Below, in pieces: positions 41,179 to 52,476 of a stretch of 64,000 nucleotides of DNA (within the stretch, counting starts at the first letter, position 1; each line of letters starts with the position of its first letter). A model generated the notes under the pieces. The model was given only the letters and a program-made list of their open reading frames with translations. It searched no databases and was not told where the DNA came from. Made by a program: the position numbers and the translations under genes. Source of the stretch: Schizochytrium sp. TIO01 (lineage: Eukaryota; Protista; Bigyra: Labyrinthulomycetes); the NCBI GenBank assembly GCA_004764695.1, contig SMSO01000032.1, positions 4,806,483-4,870,482 of the forward strand. Direction: 5' to 3'.

Positions 41179-42516
41179 TCAAGGGTTTTCGGGAAGAGTT
41201 TGCAAGAAAGGCACTAAGCGCATCACACGCTCACCAAAGAGGAGATCTTCTGTTGCGGCTGGTGTTGAGGATGTGGAGCGTAAACCAGCTGATACATCTA
41301 CAGTTGCTTCAGCCGCTGGCGACGATGGTTGAGGGGAGGCCACTGTGCTCTGCGAGTCCTGTGGTTCCGCGGAGCGTCCCTTTTGCTCTACGGCTGTCCA
41401 ACCAAGCATGCTTGGATCGACTATCGGTTGGCTAATTCTCAAAACGCGCAGACCAGAGCTTGCCGAGGTAGTACTCTTAGAAGTGAAACCATGAAACTGA
41501 CACAAGCCATGCGTCAACAAGCGGTGGAGGCCTGTCTTGAAGACCAACTCAACCGCTATCCGGTTTCCAGTCTTGGACTCACTGTCTTTACACACACGAA
41601 TATTTTCTACAAGGGATTTGCGTAACACAGGAGACAGCATCTTCTCCAGGTCGTGTGCGCTCGGGTCTTCAATGACCTTCAGCAAAAACTCCTCGAGTTC
41701 CTCCAAAAATTTTGCAAACGGCGGTCTCCTGCCACGCGTGATCAGGTGCGTCTTGAGGTTTTTATCAATACGTCCAAACATCGCCTCCGCTGTCCGCTCC
41801 TGTTTGCGAACACGCCTCGCTCCACTGGGTGCTGGAGCACCACCCCTGACGAATCCCCCTTCACAATTAAGAAACGCCTTGCGCATCTCATCTGTAAAAC
41901 CCTCAAAAACCGATATATACTCCTGCTCAAAGATCAATCTCGATGCCTTAGTCACATCGAATTCCTCAAGGTCTGGAAAGTATGCAGAGAGGTTCCCATG
42001 AGGTGCAGAAGATCCCGGCTCCTCGAAAACAAGACCTGCTGCGGCACGGTGGTCATTTGCCCACCGACGTTCCTTGCGGCGACTGAGATTTTTACGAGAA
42101 AGGCGACGCAGATCGCCACCAGAAAACATTGCTGAAACATCCTGCACGGCAGGTCTCTCTTGAGGCCGGGATCGAGGTCTACTCTTGGTTTGAGAACGTG
42201 CGCGGACTGGAGGAGCGCTCGCTGGTGTTCCCACATCTTGGGCTCTGGGCGCAGGTGAGAGTGGGCTTCCGCTGCGAAACTCAAGGTTGTCTTGGAACCT
42301 TGCGGCAAGACCGGCAGCACGCAGACTCTCTTGGGCAGAAATGGCAGCTAGAGACGCGTCCTGAGCGGAGGCAGAGGTTGAGGAGGGTGGGCTCGGAGAG
42401 AGTGAGATGGAGGCCATGGCTTGCGCCATGTCACTGAGGAAAGGGTCATCGGCAGAGCTGGAAGACGAAGCCGCAGGATCGGCGGTCACGCGCCGAAGAG
42501 GCTGGGCGTCGTCCAT
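41179..42516 (-). CDS. R3H domain protein (R3HDM4-like, with R3H-associated N-terminal motif)
   Basis: SRRKERRWAND motif; R3H core HRLLTHGLCQFHGFTSKS; ATG at 42516. Confidence 0.8.
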   Translation of the reverse strand: MDDAQPLRRVTADPAASSSSSADDPFLSDMAQAMASISLSPSPPSSTSASAQDASLAAISAQESLRAAGLAARFQDNLEFRSGSPLSPAPRAQDVGTPASAPPVRARSQTKSRPRSRPQERPAVQDVSAMFSGGDLRRLSRKNLSRRKERRWANDHRAAAGLVFEEPGSSAPHGNLSAYFPDLEEFDVTKASRLIFEQEYISVFEGFTDEMRKAFLNCEGGFVRGGAPAPSGARRVRKQERTAEAMFGRIDKNLKTHLITRGRRPPFAKFLEELEEFLLKVIEDPSAHDLEKMLSPVLRKSLVENIRVCKDSESKTGNRIAVELVFKTGLHRLLTHGLCQFHGFTSKSTTSASSGLRVLRISQPIVDPSMLGWTAVEQKGRSAEPQDSQSTVASPQPSSPAAEATVDVSAGLRSTSSTPAATEDLLFGERVMRLVPFLQTLPENP

Positions 42517-43574
42517 GGTAGACGAAGAGAGCAAGCGAGTTGTGTGCGGGAATGAGCAAACGCGACTGTCGAGAGGTTTTAGTTTCTTCAAGTTTCTTTC
42601 TTTCACTTTGCCAAGTTGAATAAATAATTACTGGTAGCAACTTCTTAATGGATTATTAGAAGTCCCGTGGAAAAGCAAAAGAAAGAAAAGAAAAAAGAAG
42701 AAACTTAGAAAACTCCATTACGGCGTATTCTAGCTAAATTGAAAAATATGTTATTCCGTATTAGCACTTCATATAGAGTTAACATAGGAATGGGCGTAAG
42801 AAAGTGCTCAAAAGACAGGATGATGTTACTGCAAATCATCAGAAGACAGGCAATTGATAGATTTGAGATGCGGCACCAACTGGAAAATAGGCTGCGAGAT
42901 TAGGCTGTGCGAGTTCGCTTGGCAAAAGTCGTTTGAAAGGACTTCTCGCCAAGAGGAGAGCTTTCTTGAAAAGCCATGAGGCGGGATGTCTGTCGATTCG
43001 GAGGTTTCTGCGGGGAAACTATGCTGGGTGCGGGAGCTATCTGGCTTATAGTTTTGCTTAGGTAGTAAAGTGACGGAGAAACTAAATGAAAATGATATGT
43101 GATAGAGTTTGCGCCGCACTTAACCAGGGGGTAACTTGAAATCGAAAGCAAATGGGAGCTGGATACTAGGATTTTATTTGCACTGGAACTTGAATGGGTA
43201 TAACAGCTGATCACTTGATTGCGGTGTATGAGCAGAAGCAACACCACTGGTGCTGGGTGCGAAAATAGTTACCAGAACGTTTCTATAACAGTCCCGTAAC
43301 ACGGCTCAAGCTAAATTTGGTTCTTGCCAATCTCTGTTGAATAATTTAACACCAAGTCGTAGTGAAGCGCATGTCCACCAACGTTTGCTATGCATAGCAA
43401 AATAATCAAAAGAAGAACTGTGGCAAGAGGTTTCACTGCAAGGGATACATAGTAAACAGAAATTTGTCAAATAAATAAGAATTAGTAGTGACCCCATTGT
43501 AAAGAATCTAGGCTAATTGTATCATCATTAATTCACCTTTCTCGTAATATAAGACAAAAACTAGAACCTCGAAA

Positions 43575-46500
43575 CTATCGATTTTGCAACTGTCGGCCCA
43601 CCATATATCGTTTGTCTCGGATGCGATCGTGCAAGACATCTCCATACGAGGCAAGAGCTGCAGAAAAATCATAGAGAAGAAGAAGCACTGAGAATGCAGG
43701 AAAGGAATAACGCATTACTGCCTCGGCAGAAATGGGATCTAGCTCTAAATACACTTGCAGGAGGCGCGCAATTACGTAAGGAGTACATATGCGGAATAAT
43801 ATTGCGTTTAAAAGAGGTGCTGCCACGTTCCACAATGTCCATCGCAGCCGGATGCCATATCCTCCATCGTTCTGCACACGCTCAATCCGATCTGCCCATA
43901 CAGAACTGCCAATTACGCCTAGGAGGACAAGGCGTGTCCAGGCTTTCAGTAACGCCAAGCCCAGGGCCCAATCCTGGAATATAAGGTTTACAGGGGTGCG
44001 GTCCACAGGAGTATTGTACGGATCCAAGACAACGAGGTCAAACAGAATGCCAGTTAGAACAGGAATACAGATTCCAAAAACAATAAAGGCAACGAACCAC
44101 TTCCATGCAAGCATGGTCCAGACACCGCACAAATGCAATGCACGCCTCCATCCGCCGTCTTTGCCAAAAACAGCAGTAAAGAACCAACGACCGAGCATAC
44201 CAAAAAACCACAAAAGAGCAACACCACCTCCCCAGTGGTAGACATCATGCTTGAGAGGATCACCAATCAAACCAAACGCAAACCGACCCACAACGAGAGG
44301 GAGAACTAGTGCAGTGAATGATGCTAAAACTGCCGCAAAAAAGGCTAGTACAGCCAATACACGCAGACGGGCTGATAAATGAAGCGGCTCATGTCGCAAA
44401 ACGCAAAATTGGCCCATAGAAGTACTCTCCACCTGCCGAGCCTGAAAGCAAATTCGACAAAGTTCTGCTTTTGCACCTGCGTCTGGTTCAAGCAAGATGA
44501 GAGAATCGAGATCGAGCTCCAAACTTCGACCGTTTTCTCCACTTACCTTGGCATTCCGAATTGCCACAACCGGAGCTGCATTCCCATCTCTCCACAGAGC
44601 TACAATTCTGCGCAAGCTCCCCAACAAGGAAACAGCCGTTGCGTCTGTCCATTGAACGCCGAAACCTTCGGGCATCAGATCCACAAGTGCATCGACTAGT
44701 TCGGGTTTATCTTGCACAACCTCACGAAGGTTCCGCAAAATAGCCACTACATTTTTTGATGGGCAACGACTCAAGTCCTCATCATCACGCACGAACTCCC
44801 TCAGCAAGCGGCGACGAATACTTTGCATGCGGGAAGTATCCCTTTCGGGGTGTTTCGCAATAACTTCCTCTGCGAAATGTTCGCGAAGTTGCAATATTTT
44901 GCCAAGTAGGTCTTCGTTCGGGATCTCTTCAAGGGCCAAAATTTCCCGCTGGGCGTTAGAACTTAAAAATACTGGTACGCAATATCCATGGACATCCGTA
45001 ACAGAAAATACATGCATTGGGGGCATCTCCTCACCATGACCCTCTAACGAAGCACGGGCCTTCCTCATAATCTGGGGTGCAAATTTCATCCATGATGTGG
45101 CCTGACAAACCATACCAAGAAAGTCAATAGTTTCTCCAGGTTCGCGACGAGACAAAAGATTCAAGGAGCGCACAGCATCTGGTACATCCTCCTGTCCACT
45201 GCGAACAGCCAACTCGCAGTTCAGATACTCTTCTTCAGGGATGTCATCCTCATCATCACTGCTTTGTAAGGAAGCTAATGCAGATGCACTATTCTGCATG
45301 CTGTGCGTGGCATCGACAAAAACAAACCCGGTGTGCATATGTTGCAGAATTGGTTTGAGAACATAGCCATGCAGGTCCAGAGGATACGTAAGCAGCAGCG
45401 CAACTTGGCGCGATGCTTGGAGAAGAAGTCTGTTGAGATCAAGGCGCTCAATGACGTAGGGTAGTGAGTGGAAAAAGAACATATCCAGAGGTAATTGCGC
45501 ATCTGCAAATGGTTGTCTAAACGATCCAATGCGAATTGGAAGCAATGATGGCATGGTGGTTTTGATCAAATGGATGGGAATAACCAAAAAGACAAGGACC
45601 GCAGGGACGCACCATAACACAACGGTGCTTACATAAGAGAGACATTCCTCAAGGGTACGAGAGACAAGTTCAACCCGTGCAAGGTCCCCAGTCTCTGGCC
45701 CAGCTACCGGGGCTTGGTTCATACAAGCTTCAAAAATGTTATCGTCAGCTTGCGGTGATGACACCCCCTGGCTTTGGGCATAATTAGACTGATCCGATGC
45801 TATGCGCATAGTTACAGTGGCGATTCGCTCTTGCCAGAGACGGTTCTGCTCTTCGAGCTCTCGGCGATGACGATCAATGATGGGACCGAAAATTCCCATT
45901 TCTATATTCTTGGTAGCATCGTACCATCCTTCAAAGAATCTGACTTTGAAGCGAGGGTGTACAATCTGTCGAAATGCCCAAATCACAGCAGACCAATTTG
46001 CAATTAGAACGCTACCCATGGCCCAATGAATAAACGCGCATGTCATGGGAGATTTGTGACAAAGTTCTGCGCGTGCCCACAAGACCTCCATTGTGTCACC
46101 AGAAACACCCATGCAACCAATGTGAACAATGGTACCCACTACAATCTCCAAGATGAGAAGTTCGAAAAGCATAATGAATGCAATACCTAGCATCTCCCCT
46201 ACGGCGCGTACAACAGAGACAGCATATTTTGTGACAATGTCAGGAGCTGGTACAGTAGAACGTCCTAACCAAATGTCATGGAGTTTATTCAATAATAAGT
46301 ATACAGATACACCACACAACATTGCGCCATAGCCAATGCCAATCAGGTGAAGATTGTCGAGAGGCTCCGAGTCCCCGAGGGTGTACTCACGAGCTGCTTT
46401 TATAACGACTCTACCCACTAGGAAGGGTAGAAACTGAAAGAAAAAGAGAAAGCCAATGTTACCCAATGAAACAAGAATCATTGTGTAGACGCCGCGACGT

Positions 46501-47648
46501 AAGCCGCGAGCGCCTCCGCGAAGACCGATAAGGGCATCCCAGGCCATATCTTCCTCAGGGCCTGCCCCCCTTGCGAGATCGACATCAGGGATTCCATTCG
46601 CTCCTGGTAGCTGCGCATCAACCCAGGGGTCTACAACATGAGGACCATTGTCAATCATCTCATCACCAGCTTCTATTGGTTCAGCATGGATTTCATCATC
46701 CATAAGAGCAACCTCATCGTCAACATGTAAGAGCGCAGCCCCAGGAAACTGATGCACAAGGTTTTCATTTAAAAGACCACGCAAGTTCAGGTTCTGCCCA
46801 ACATGTTCACGAAATATCCGGTTACCGAGCTCCATAAGCCTATTTTCTTCATTTGCAGCCTCGATTTCATCCACGAGGTCATTTGCATCCGCTGCAGCAG
46901 CCACTGCTCGCTCTACTACACGATCTGCAAACTGTGCAATATTACGATGGTCAAGGTGTTGACGGGCCTCGCCATGAATCATATCGTCCTCGCTTGCAAG
47001 ATCTTGTAACACCATTAGGACGAGAAATGCTACGACGATCCACGCAGAGAGAAAAACACCAAGAATACACTCACGAGGGAGTTCCTGAATATCCCAGTCT
47101 GCAAGAACTGCCCATACATCTGTACGACGACGAGAAAAATAGAGAGTGTGAACACGAATAGTGAATAATGGGAATATACCTGCCCAAATAACAAGCACAG
47201 CTGCACCTTGAAGCATAAGGGGGACATAACCCAAAGATAGTTGTAGTGTACCAATCAGAACCTCCAGTGACGAGAGTCGCTGAGGCGTATTATCATGGTA
47301 GACTGACTTAAACTCAAACTCTGTAAGACATAGTTCACAGCTGCGCTTGTGTGAAACTCTCAGCCACTCCACAAGGCAGTCCTCATGAACAAACCGAATT
47401 GAGCCTTTGCATTTACAAGGGTAGTACAAAGGCCCTGCTTCTTCTCCACAGCGACACACGCGACAGAGAGCTTCATCTTTAGACATACTAGAACATATTG
47501 ACGCTGCTGACTGTTGCCTGGAGATTTCTGTTGCTGAGCTTGTTGGTGTGGAGACTGTCGCAGCGCTCGCTGGTGTGTGAGGTTCCTGATCGAGGGTGGC
47601 ACCAGGTGATCCAGACTCCTCTGCCTCGCTTGGATTCTCCACCTCCAT
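43575..47648 (-). CDS. MARCHF6: ERAD E3 ubiquitin ligase MARCH6/Doa10/SUD1
   Basis: N-terminal RING-CH CRVCR...YPCKCKGSIRFVHEDCLVEWL...CELC, many TM helices, QDWALGL, and the C-terminal element HDRIRDKRYMVGRQLQN. Confidence 0.93.
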   Translation of the reverse strand: MEVENPSEAEESGSPGATLDQEPHTPASAATVSTPTSSATEISRQQSAASICSSMSKDEALCRVCRCGEEAGPLYYPCKCKGSIRFVHEDCLVEWLRVSHKRSCELCLTEFEFKSVYHDNTPQRLSSLEVLIGTLQLSLGYVPLMLQGAAVLVIWAGIFPLFTIRVHTLYFSRRRTDVWAVLADWDIQELPRECILGVFLSAWIVVAFLVLMVLQDLASEDDMIHGEARQHLDHRNIAQFADRVVERAVAAAADANDLVDEIEAANEENRLMELGNRIFREHVGQNLNLRGLLNENLVHQFPGAALLHVDDEVALMDDEIHAEPIEAGDEMIDNGPHVVDPWVDAQLPGANGIPDVDLARGAGPEEDMAWDALIGLRGGARGLRRGVYTMILVSLGNIGFLFFFQFLPFLVGRVVIKAAREYTLGDSEPLDNLHLIGIGYGAMLCGVSVYLLLNKLHDIWLGRSTVPAPDIVTKYAVSVVRAVGEMLGIAFIMLFELLILEIVVGTIVHIGCMGVSGDTMEVLWARAELCHKSPMTCAFIHWAMGSVLIANWSAVIWAFRQIVHPRFKVRFFEGWYDATKNIEMGIFGPIIDRHRRELEEQNRLWQERIATVTMRIASDQSNYAQSQGVSSPQADDNIFEACMNQAPVAGPETGDLARVELVSRTLEECLSYVSTVVLWCVPAVLVFLVIPIHLIKTTMPSLLPIRIGSFRQPFADAQLPLDMFFFHSLPYVIERLDLNRLLLQASRQVALLLTYPLDLHGYVLKPILQHMHTGFVFVDATHSMQNSASALASLQSSDDEDDIPEEEYLNCELAVRSGQEDVPDAVRSLNLLSRREPGETIDFLGMVCQATSWMKFAPQIMRKARASLEGHGEEMPPMHVFSVTDVHGYCVPVFLSSNAQREILALEEIPNEDLLGKILQLREHFAEEVIAKHPERDTSRMQSIRRRLLREFVRDDEDLSRCPSKNVVAILRNLREVVQDKPELVDALVDLMPEGFGVQWTDATAVSLLGSLRRIVALWRDGNAAPVVAIRNAKVSGENGRSLELDLDSLILLEPDAGAKAELCRICFQARQVESTSMGQFCVLRHEPLHLSARLRVLAVLAFFAAVLASFTALVLPLVVGRFAFGLIGDPLKHDVYHWGGGVALLWFFGMLGRWFFTAVFGKDGGWRRALHLCGVWTMLAWKWFVAFIVFGICIPVLTGILFDLVVLDPYNTPVDRTPVNLIFQDWALGLALLKAWTRLVLLGVIGSSVWADRIERVQNDGGYGIRLRWTLWNVAAPLLNAILFRICTPYVIARLLQVYLELDPISAEAVMRYSFPAFSVLLLLYDFSAALASYGDVLHDRIRDKRYMVGRQLQNR

Positions 47649-48230
47649 CCTTAATGCTGACCTTCTCCAGTTGTGTCTATTTAAATTTCAACTTGATCTG
47701 AGTAGCAGGAGGAAAATCTTCGCTTCTTAGGTTCGTTGATCTCCTCCGACTTCGATACAAAAATGTTCTTGTGCTTTTGCAGCAGCACCAAACGAAATCT
47801 GTGCCCTGTCTGAAGAACAGCCCGCGAAAAAAATACTAGAGAATCTTGGAATCTCAAACTGAGTGAGTGACTTCACGATTCCAAGATCGATGCCAGAACG
47901 AATGTTGCTCGATTACCTTGCTTCGAAATTATCTTTAGGCCTGTCTACGATGTCTACAGAAAATATCTGCTTTGCCCCAGTATTTACAGAAATTGGCCAA
48001 TCTTCCCCGTGGATCGCCCGCGTGTGTCGCCCAAACTTGTAAAACAAGAGTCCTTGCCGGGACTCCCTCCCTGAGCCCCCCCCTGGTGGAGGTGGCCCGT
48101 GCGCGGTCTGCAGGCTTCTCGCACCTCCGCAGCGATCAGAATTTACTTGCTGCTGCTTTGCAAGTAAGTCTCTTCTATCATCATCATCATTATTCTTCGG
48201 AAGAAAATGAAACAAACAAATTCAAAATAG

Positions 48231-48407
48231 TAGAACGCCTTGAACATCTAGAACACACGGAATGCTTCTCTTCCCGGAAACATCTCAGAACTTTTAGAGC
48301 TTTTAGATTATATGGAACATTAAAAAGAAACACTTTTGGAACGACCACGCCATCCCGAACCTTTAGAACTCTCAGAACATTGAGAGTTTTAAGAATATGA
48401 GGAACCC
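48231..48407. repeat. Degenerate ~9-bp periodic repeat with NNGAACNNN core in the MARCH6/RPA49 divergent intergenic region
   Basis: tagaacgcc ttgaacatc tagaacaca cggaatgct ... cagaacttt tagagcttt tagattata tggaacatt ... ccgaacctt tagaactct cagaacatt gagagtttt aagaatatg aggaacccc. Confidence 0.6.
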
Positions 48408-48805
48408 CTTTTTGGTTCCCTGTGTTACCGCACATATTACCATAGTGTGCGCAATGAGTATATAGTAGTGGTACCTATTGTTTAAACTAGTGGTATATGG
48501 AAAGCAAATTTTCCGCTAGTAAGAGCAATAGCGTAGGACTACTCAAGTCTCACATAAGTAGCACGGTACTTGAAACTGTAAATAATGAAACTGTGATAAT
48601 AACGTTGAGGTTTCTACTTGGGGCGGCAAGGGTTGGTGGACCTCGCGGAGTCGCAGCAGTCCGTGGCGAGCGGAGTCTGTGCGGCGACGTGGGATTTGGT
48701 GTGGCGTGGAGGGTCGTTCGCGGCGCAGGGTCGCGTTCGTTAAGGTTTGGCATTTTGCCTGCGGGTCTCCCCGGGGTTTGACAGCCGCCGTCGTGTGGGT
48801 GCGCT

Positions 48806-50896
48806 ATGGCCAGGATGGACAAGCGCAAGCGCTCCAGCAGTGGAGACGCCGCAGCTTCGCCTGAGGAGCGAAGCAAGAAGTCACGTAAGGACAAGACTGT
48901 CCTGGCATCTGACAGCAGCTCTGACTCCGATTCCGATTCCAGTTCTGCTGCCAAGGTCGCCAAGGTTTCCAAGTCGAAGTCCAAGTCGAAGTCCAAGGAC
49001 TCCAAGACTGAGAAGTCAAACAAGACTTCCCGGAAGAACAAGAAGCGCAGCTCTAGTTCGGACTCTTCTTCTTCTTCTTCTTCGTCTTCGTCTTCAGATG
49101 ACAGTGATAGTGATGATAAAGTTGGCGAGCTGCCTTCCTCAAAGAACGGTAATGGCAAAATTGCAACGCCGCAGAAGTCTTCGCTGAAGCGAAAAAGCGA
49201 CTCGAAGGAGCAGAGCAAGGCAGACCGCCGCGTATCCTTTAGCGCCACCTCGAAGACTCACATTTTGGCTCCTGAAAAGGATGCGAGTTCCTCGGACTCT
49301 GACTCAGACTCCGATGGCAACTCAGACGCTTCTTCTAGTGATGGTGAAGCCACTCCCTTGAAGAAGAACCAGTCGCCGACTCCTGCAGTCAAGGCCAAGA
49401 AGACTGTAGGTTCCATGGACATTAGTGATGACTCTTCTTCTTCTGAAGATGAAAGTCCTAAGAAGGTCAAGAACGTGGAGAAGGGTCTCAAGGAGTCGAA
49501 GAAACGATCCAAGGCGAACGACGCCATGGAGGTCGAGTTTGGATTATTGAACGGCGGAGCAGACGACGATGACGATGACGAGGAGAGCGCCGCTTCAGAC
49601 TACGCCGCGTCTAAGCCGCTTGTAACGGCTAAACCCTTCCGACGCGCGACCTTCAAGACCGACGTGACCTCTGAGTGCGTCTTGGCGACCTTTCCGCAGG
49701 GCCAGGCCCCAGACGAGAGTAAGTCATTTGGATTCTTCAAGACAAAACGTACGGAGGAGCGTGTGCTCTACAGCCGTGGCGAAGACGTGGAGATGGAGGG
49801 CCGCGAAGGTGATACTACGAGTCGTTTACGCCGCTACCTCGCATTTCGCTTCAACCCAAGCACCGGTGAAGCGATTCTGCTAAACAGCGACACCAAGTCG
49901 CAGTGCCCTATCCCTATGCACAACACCGTGAGCAAGCTTCCCTCGCCCAACGTACGCACATTCACACACGAGCTTGAGGACGAGAAGAACGGTCGAACTA
50001 TTTCTATCTCACAGCAGCGCCGTAGAGCCCTTATTGAGACTTTTGGTGCAGCTAAGCGCCGGAAGGAAACCGCTGCCTTTGATCTTAACCGCATCAACAG
50101 CAACGCAGTCGCATCGGGAGAGTTCGTTCGTAACGTTTTGCAAGAGAAGGCAAAGGAAAACCCTGCCGCAGCTAGCAATGATGATGAAGCCGAGGCAGTC
50201 AACCGTAAGCACCTGCTTCCGCCTTATCACAATGATGTGGAGCGCCCTGACCAGATCTTCAACCTTGTGGAGATGATGACTAAGGATGAATTGCGTGCGA
50301 TGAAGAAGCCTGTCGATACACTTGTGAAGGAGGCGCAAAGTGCGAGTGCGGTTGCAGCCTTCGCAGAGAGCGGTCGATTTGGTGTCTTTGTCACAGCGCA
50401 GCTTGAACGGCTCTCTTCTGGTTCATTGAACAAAAAAGCACAAAAGGCGCTTGCGTGTGCTGCCCTTTACCTTCAATACTTGCTAAACTTTGCCAAATTA
50501 CACCGCGTAATTAGACCTCGCATGGCAAAGACTCTTGGTTCCCTCATTGGAGATGCTCCACAGGAAGTTGCCGATGCCATCCTCGAGAAGTTCTCCGAGT
50601 CAGAGGGTCAGACTGGATCAAGGTTGCGGACTAAGCTCCAGCAGGATCGTTTGACTATGCATATACTTGCCCTCGCGCTTATTGTCTGTGGATGTGTGAT
50701 CGACAGTGCGACCGTCCTGAAACTTGCCGAAGACTTCGGGCAGACACCATCATGGATCTATGACTACGCCGCTCAGCTTGGTACTCGCTTGAAGTACGAG
50801 AGCAACACAAAGGGGCACGACGGCAAAAAGCCCAAGAAGATTGTTCTTGAGGTGCCTCTGAAATTCCCTAGAAAGTCCCAGGCGCGCCGTGGCTAA
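48806..50896 (+). CDS. RPA49: RNA polymerase I subunit A49 (RPA49/POLR1E) with long Ser/Asp/Lys-rich N-terminal extension
   Basis: RRRALIETFGAAKRRK and LLPPYHNDVERPDQIFNLVEMM match A49 motifs; tandem winged-helix-like C-terminus ending LEVPLKFP. Confidence 0.8.
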   Translation: MARMDKRKRSSSGDAAASPEERSKKSRKDKTVLASDSSSDSDSDSSSAAKVAKVSKSKSKSKSKDSKTEKSNKTSRKNKKRSSSSDSSSSSSSSSSSDDSDSDDKVGELPSSKNGNGKIATPQKSSLKRKSDSKEQSKADRRVSFSATSKTHILAPEKDASSSDSDSDSDGNSDASSSDGEATPLKKNQSPTPAVKAKKTVGSMDISDDSSSSEDESPKKVKNVEKGLKESKKRSKANDAMEVEFGLLNGGADDDDDDEESAASDYAASKPLVTAKPFRRATFKTDVTSECVLATFPQGQAPDESKSFGFFKTKRTEERVLYSRGEDVEMEGREGDTTSRLRRYLAFRFNPSTGEAILLNSDTKSQCPIPMHNTVSKLPSPNVRTFTHELEDEKNGRTISISQQRRRALIETFGAAKRRKETAAFDLNRINSNAVASGEFVRNVLQEKAKENPAAASNDDEAEAVNRKHLLPPYHNDVERPDQIFNLVEMMTKDELRAMKKPVDTLVKEAQSASAVAAFAESGRFGVFVTAQLERLSSGSLNKKAQKALACAALYLQYLLNFAKLHRVIRPRMAKTLGSLIGDAPQEVADAILEKFSESEGQTGSRLRTKLQQDRLTMHILALALIVCGCVIDSATVLKLAEDFGQTPSWIYDYAAQLGTRLKYESNTKGHDGKKPKKIVLEVPLKFPRKSQARRG

Positions 50897-51135
50897 GCAT
50901 CGCGGGCAAACCTTAATCACCCTCATTCTCTCGCTTTGTTCCCATCTCATGACCCCGTCTAACTCAATCAGTTCACAAACCCAAAACAAAACATTCTTAC
51001 TCAAAACACACACAAATCAATATTACATGGCTTTCCCATCTGATAATTTCTTATTTTGCGCCATTTTATATTTTAATTTTCTTCAGAGAAATACAAGGTA
51101 AAACCGGTTATAAGTGTCTACGTTGGTTGCAAATC

Positions 51136-52476
51136 TCAAAGTTGCTTAACTCCATGATGATACTGTTCACGTAGAGCCTTTGCGCGTCTCAACAAGGTTT
51201 GCAGCCTCCATTTGCGAAAAGCAATTACAAAAGCACACCTTTTCTGAGTGTTAAGAACTTTCAAAAGGACATCGCAGATCTGTTCATGGTGGATCTTCAC
51301 AAGTGAATCAGATGTTTTTGGAGATTCCCGGGTCTGTGTACTTGAACTCGAAATCTTGCCGAGTGGAAATTCTTGCTTCATTGATGATATTGTTTTGCTG
51401 TTTGACAATGGATATCCAGTGTTCTCCTCTTCTCTCAATCGGCGAAGTCTTCTGGGGTAAAAGCTATTAGTTTGACTCTCTAAACTTTCGCTTGGCTTCG
51501 CATATTGCACTTGTTCCTTTGTCACTACTTCGTATAGAAATGGACTGTGCCGTGTTTCATCCTCGGGGTGTATCCGTTCGGTGCTGGGAGTGTTTTGATC
51601 AGTCGTCCTGTGCAACTTTGTACAAATACAACTAGTAGATGTAGAGGGCGATAATGAAAGAGGAGACGGTGGAGTAATAATAGAACTATGCACGAGTAAT
51701 TCTGGATGGTTTTCACTGTTTCGATTCTCGGTCTCGTGATCCGTTTCGGCACTAGCTACAGTCATCTTCGAATCAGATAGAGATAAGGAGAAAGACGTCG
51801 GGTCTTTTACGCCCAACCCTGGCACATCATTGACAGGCGTAGTCGTATTGGTTTCGTTATGAAAATGAAAGTGAACATGTGATAAATTCTTCGGTGAGCT
51901 GGTTTGAGTATATTTGTGTCGGTCACTTCTCAACGATTCAGTACAAACCTGCTTCTTGATTGTACAAGCTGAAATAATGCGTGACCGATAAGTGAAGTTG
52001 TAAAGAGCTTCCCATGCCTCCCGGAGTCGTCTCCGAGCGAAAATCATAAGCATAATATGCACAGTCCTTTTCTGCATGCGTTCACGTTTTATTGCGAGAA
52101 TGAAGTCTACCCAAAGATTAAAAGCATCCTGTTTGTAGCGATAGCGTCTACCGGCTTTTATACGTTTTGCAATTGGACCCACACGGGCTCGCCAGTGTTT
52201 ACGAGCTTGCACGCGCCTCACCCATACGTCAAACCACCTCCGGGCACGGAGGGCATTAAGTTTAGCTTGCCAGCCTGCTGATACAAGGTTGTGAACCCTC
52301 AAGTTACCAACTTGGCTAACGTTGCGCTGTGGCGAGTCCCATGATGATGACTTGCGTCCAAGCAACAAAGCTCGAGCTGTGGAAACTCCGAAATCTTTAG
52401 CATTTGCACATGCATCATTTGCCCTCCATGCAAGCAATACTTGCTGTAGGGAGCTGGGAGTATTACTGGTTTTCAT
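51136..52476 (-). CDS. Hypothetical protein with Sfi1-like (F/W..W) helical repeats
   Basis: 446-aa ATG ORF. Spaced motifs WFDVW, AFNLW, AWEAL and AFRKW in basic helices, with a low-complexity middle. Confidence 0.55.
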   Translation of the reverse strand: MKTSNTPSSLQQVLLAWRANDACANAKDFGVSTARALLLGRKSSSWDSPQRNVSQVGNLRVHNLVSAGWQAKLNALRARRWFDVWVRRVQARKHWRARVGPIAKRIKAGRRYRYKQDAFNLWVDFILAIKRERMQKRTVHIMLMIFARRRLREAWEALYNFTYRSRIISACTIKKQVCTESLRSDRHKYTQTSSPKNLSHVHFHFHNETNTTTPVNDVPGLGVKDPTSFSLSLSDSKMTVASAETDHETENRNSENHPELLVHSSIITPPSPLSLSPSTSTSCICTKLHRTTDQNTPSTERIHPEDETRHSPFLYEVVTKEQVQYAKPSESLESQTNSFYPRRLRRLREEENTGYPLSNSKTISSMKQEFPLGKISSSSTQTRESPKTSDSLVKIHHEQICDVLLKVLNTQKRCAFVIAFRKWRLQTLLRRAKALREQYHHGVKQL

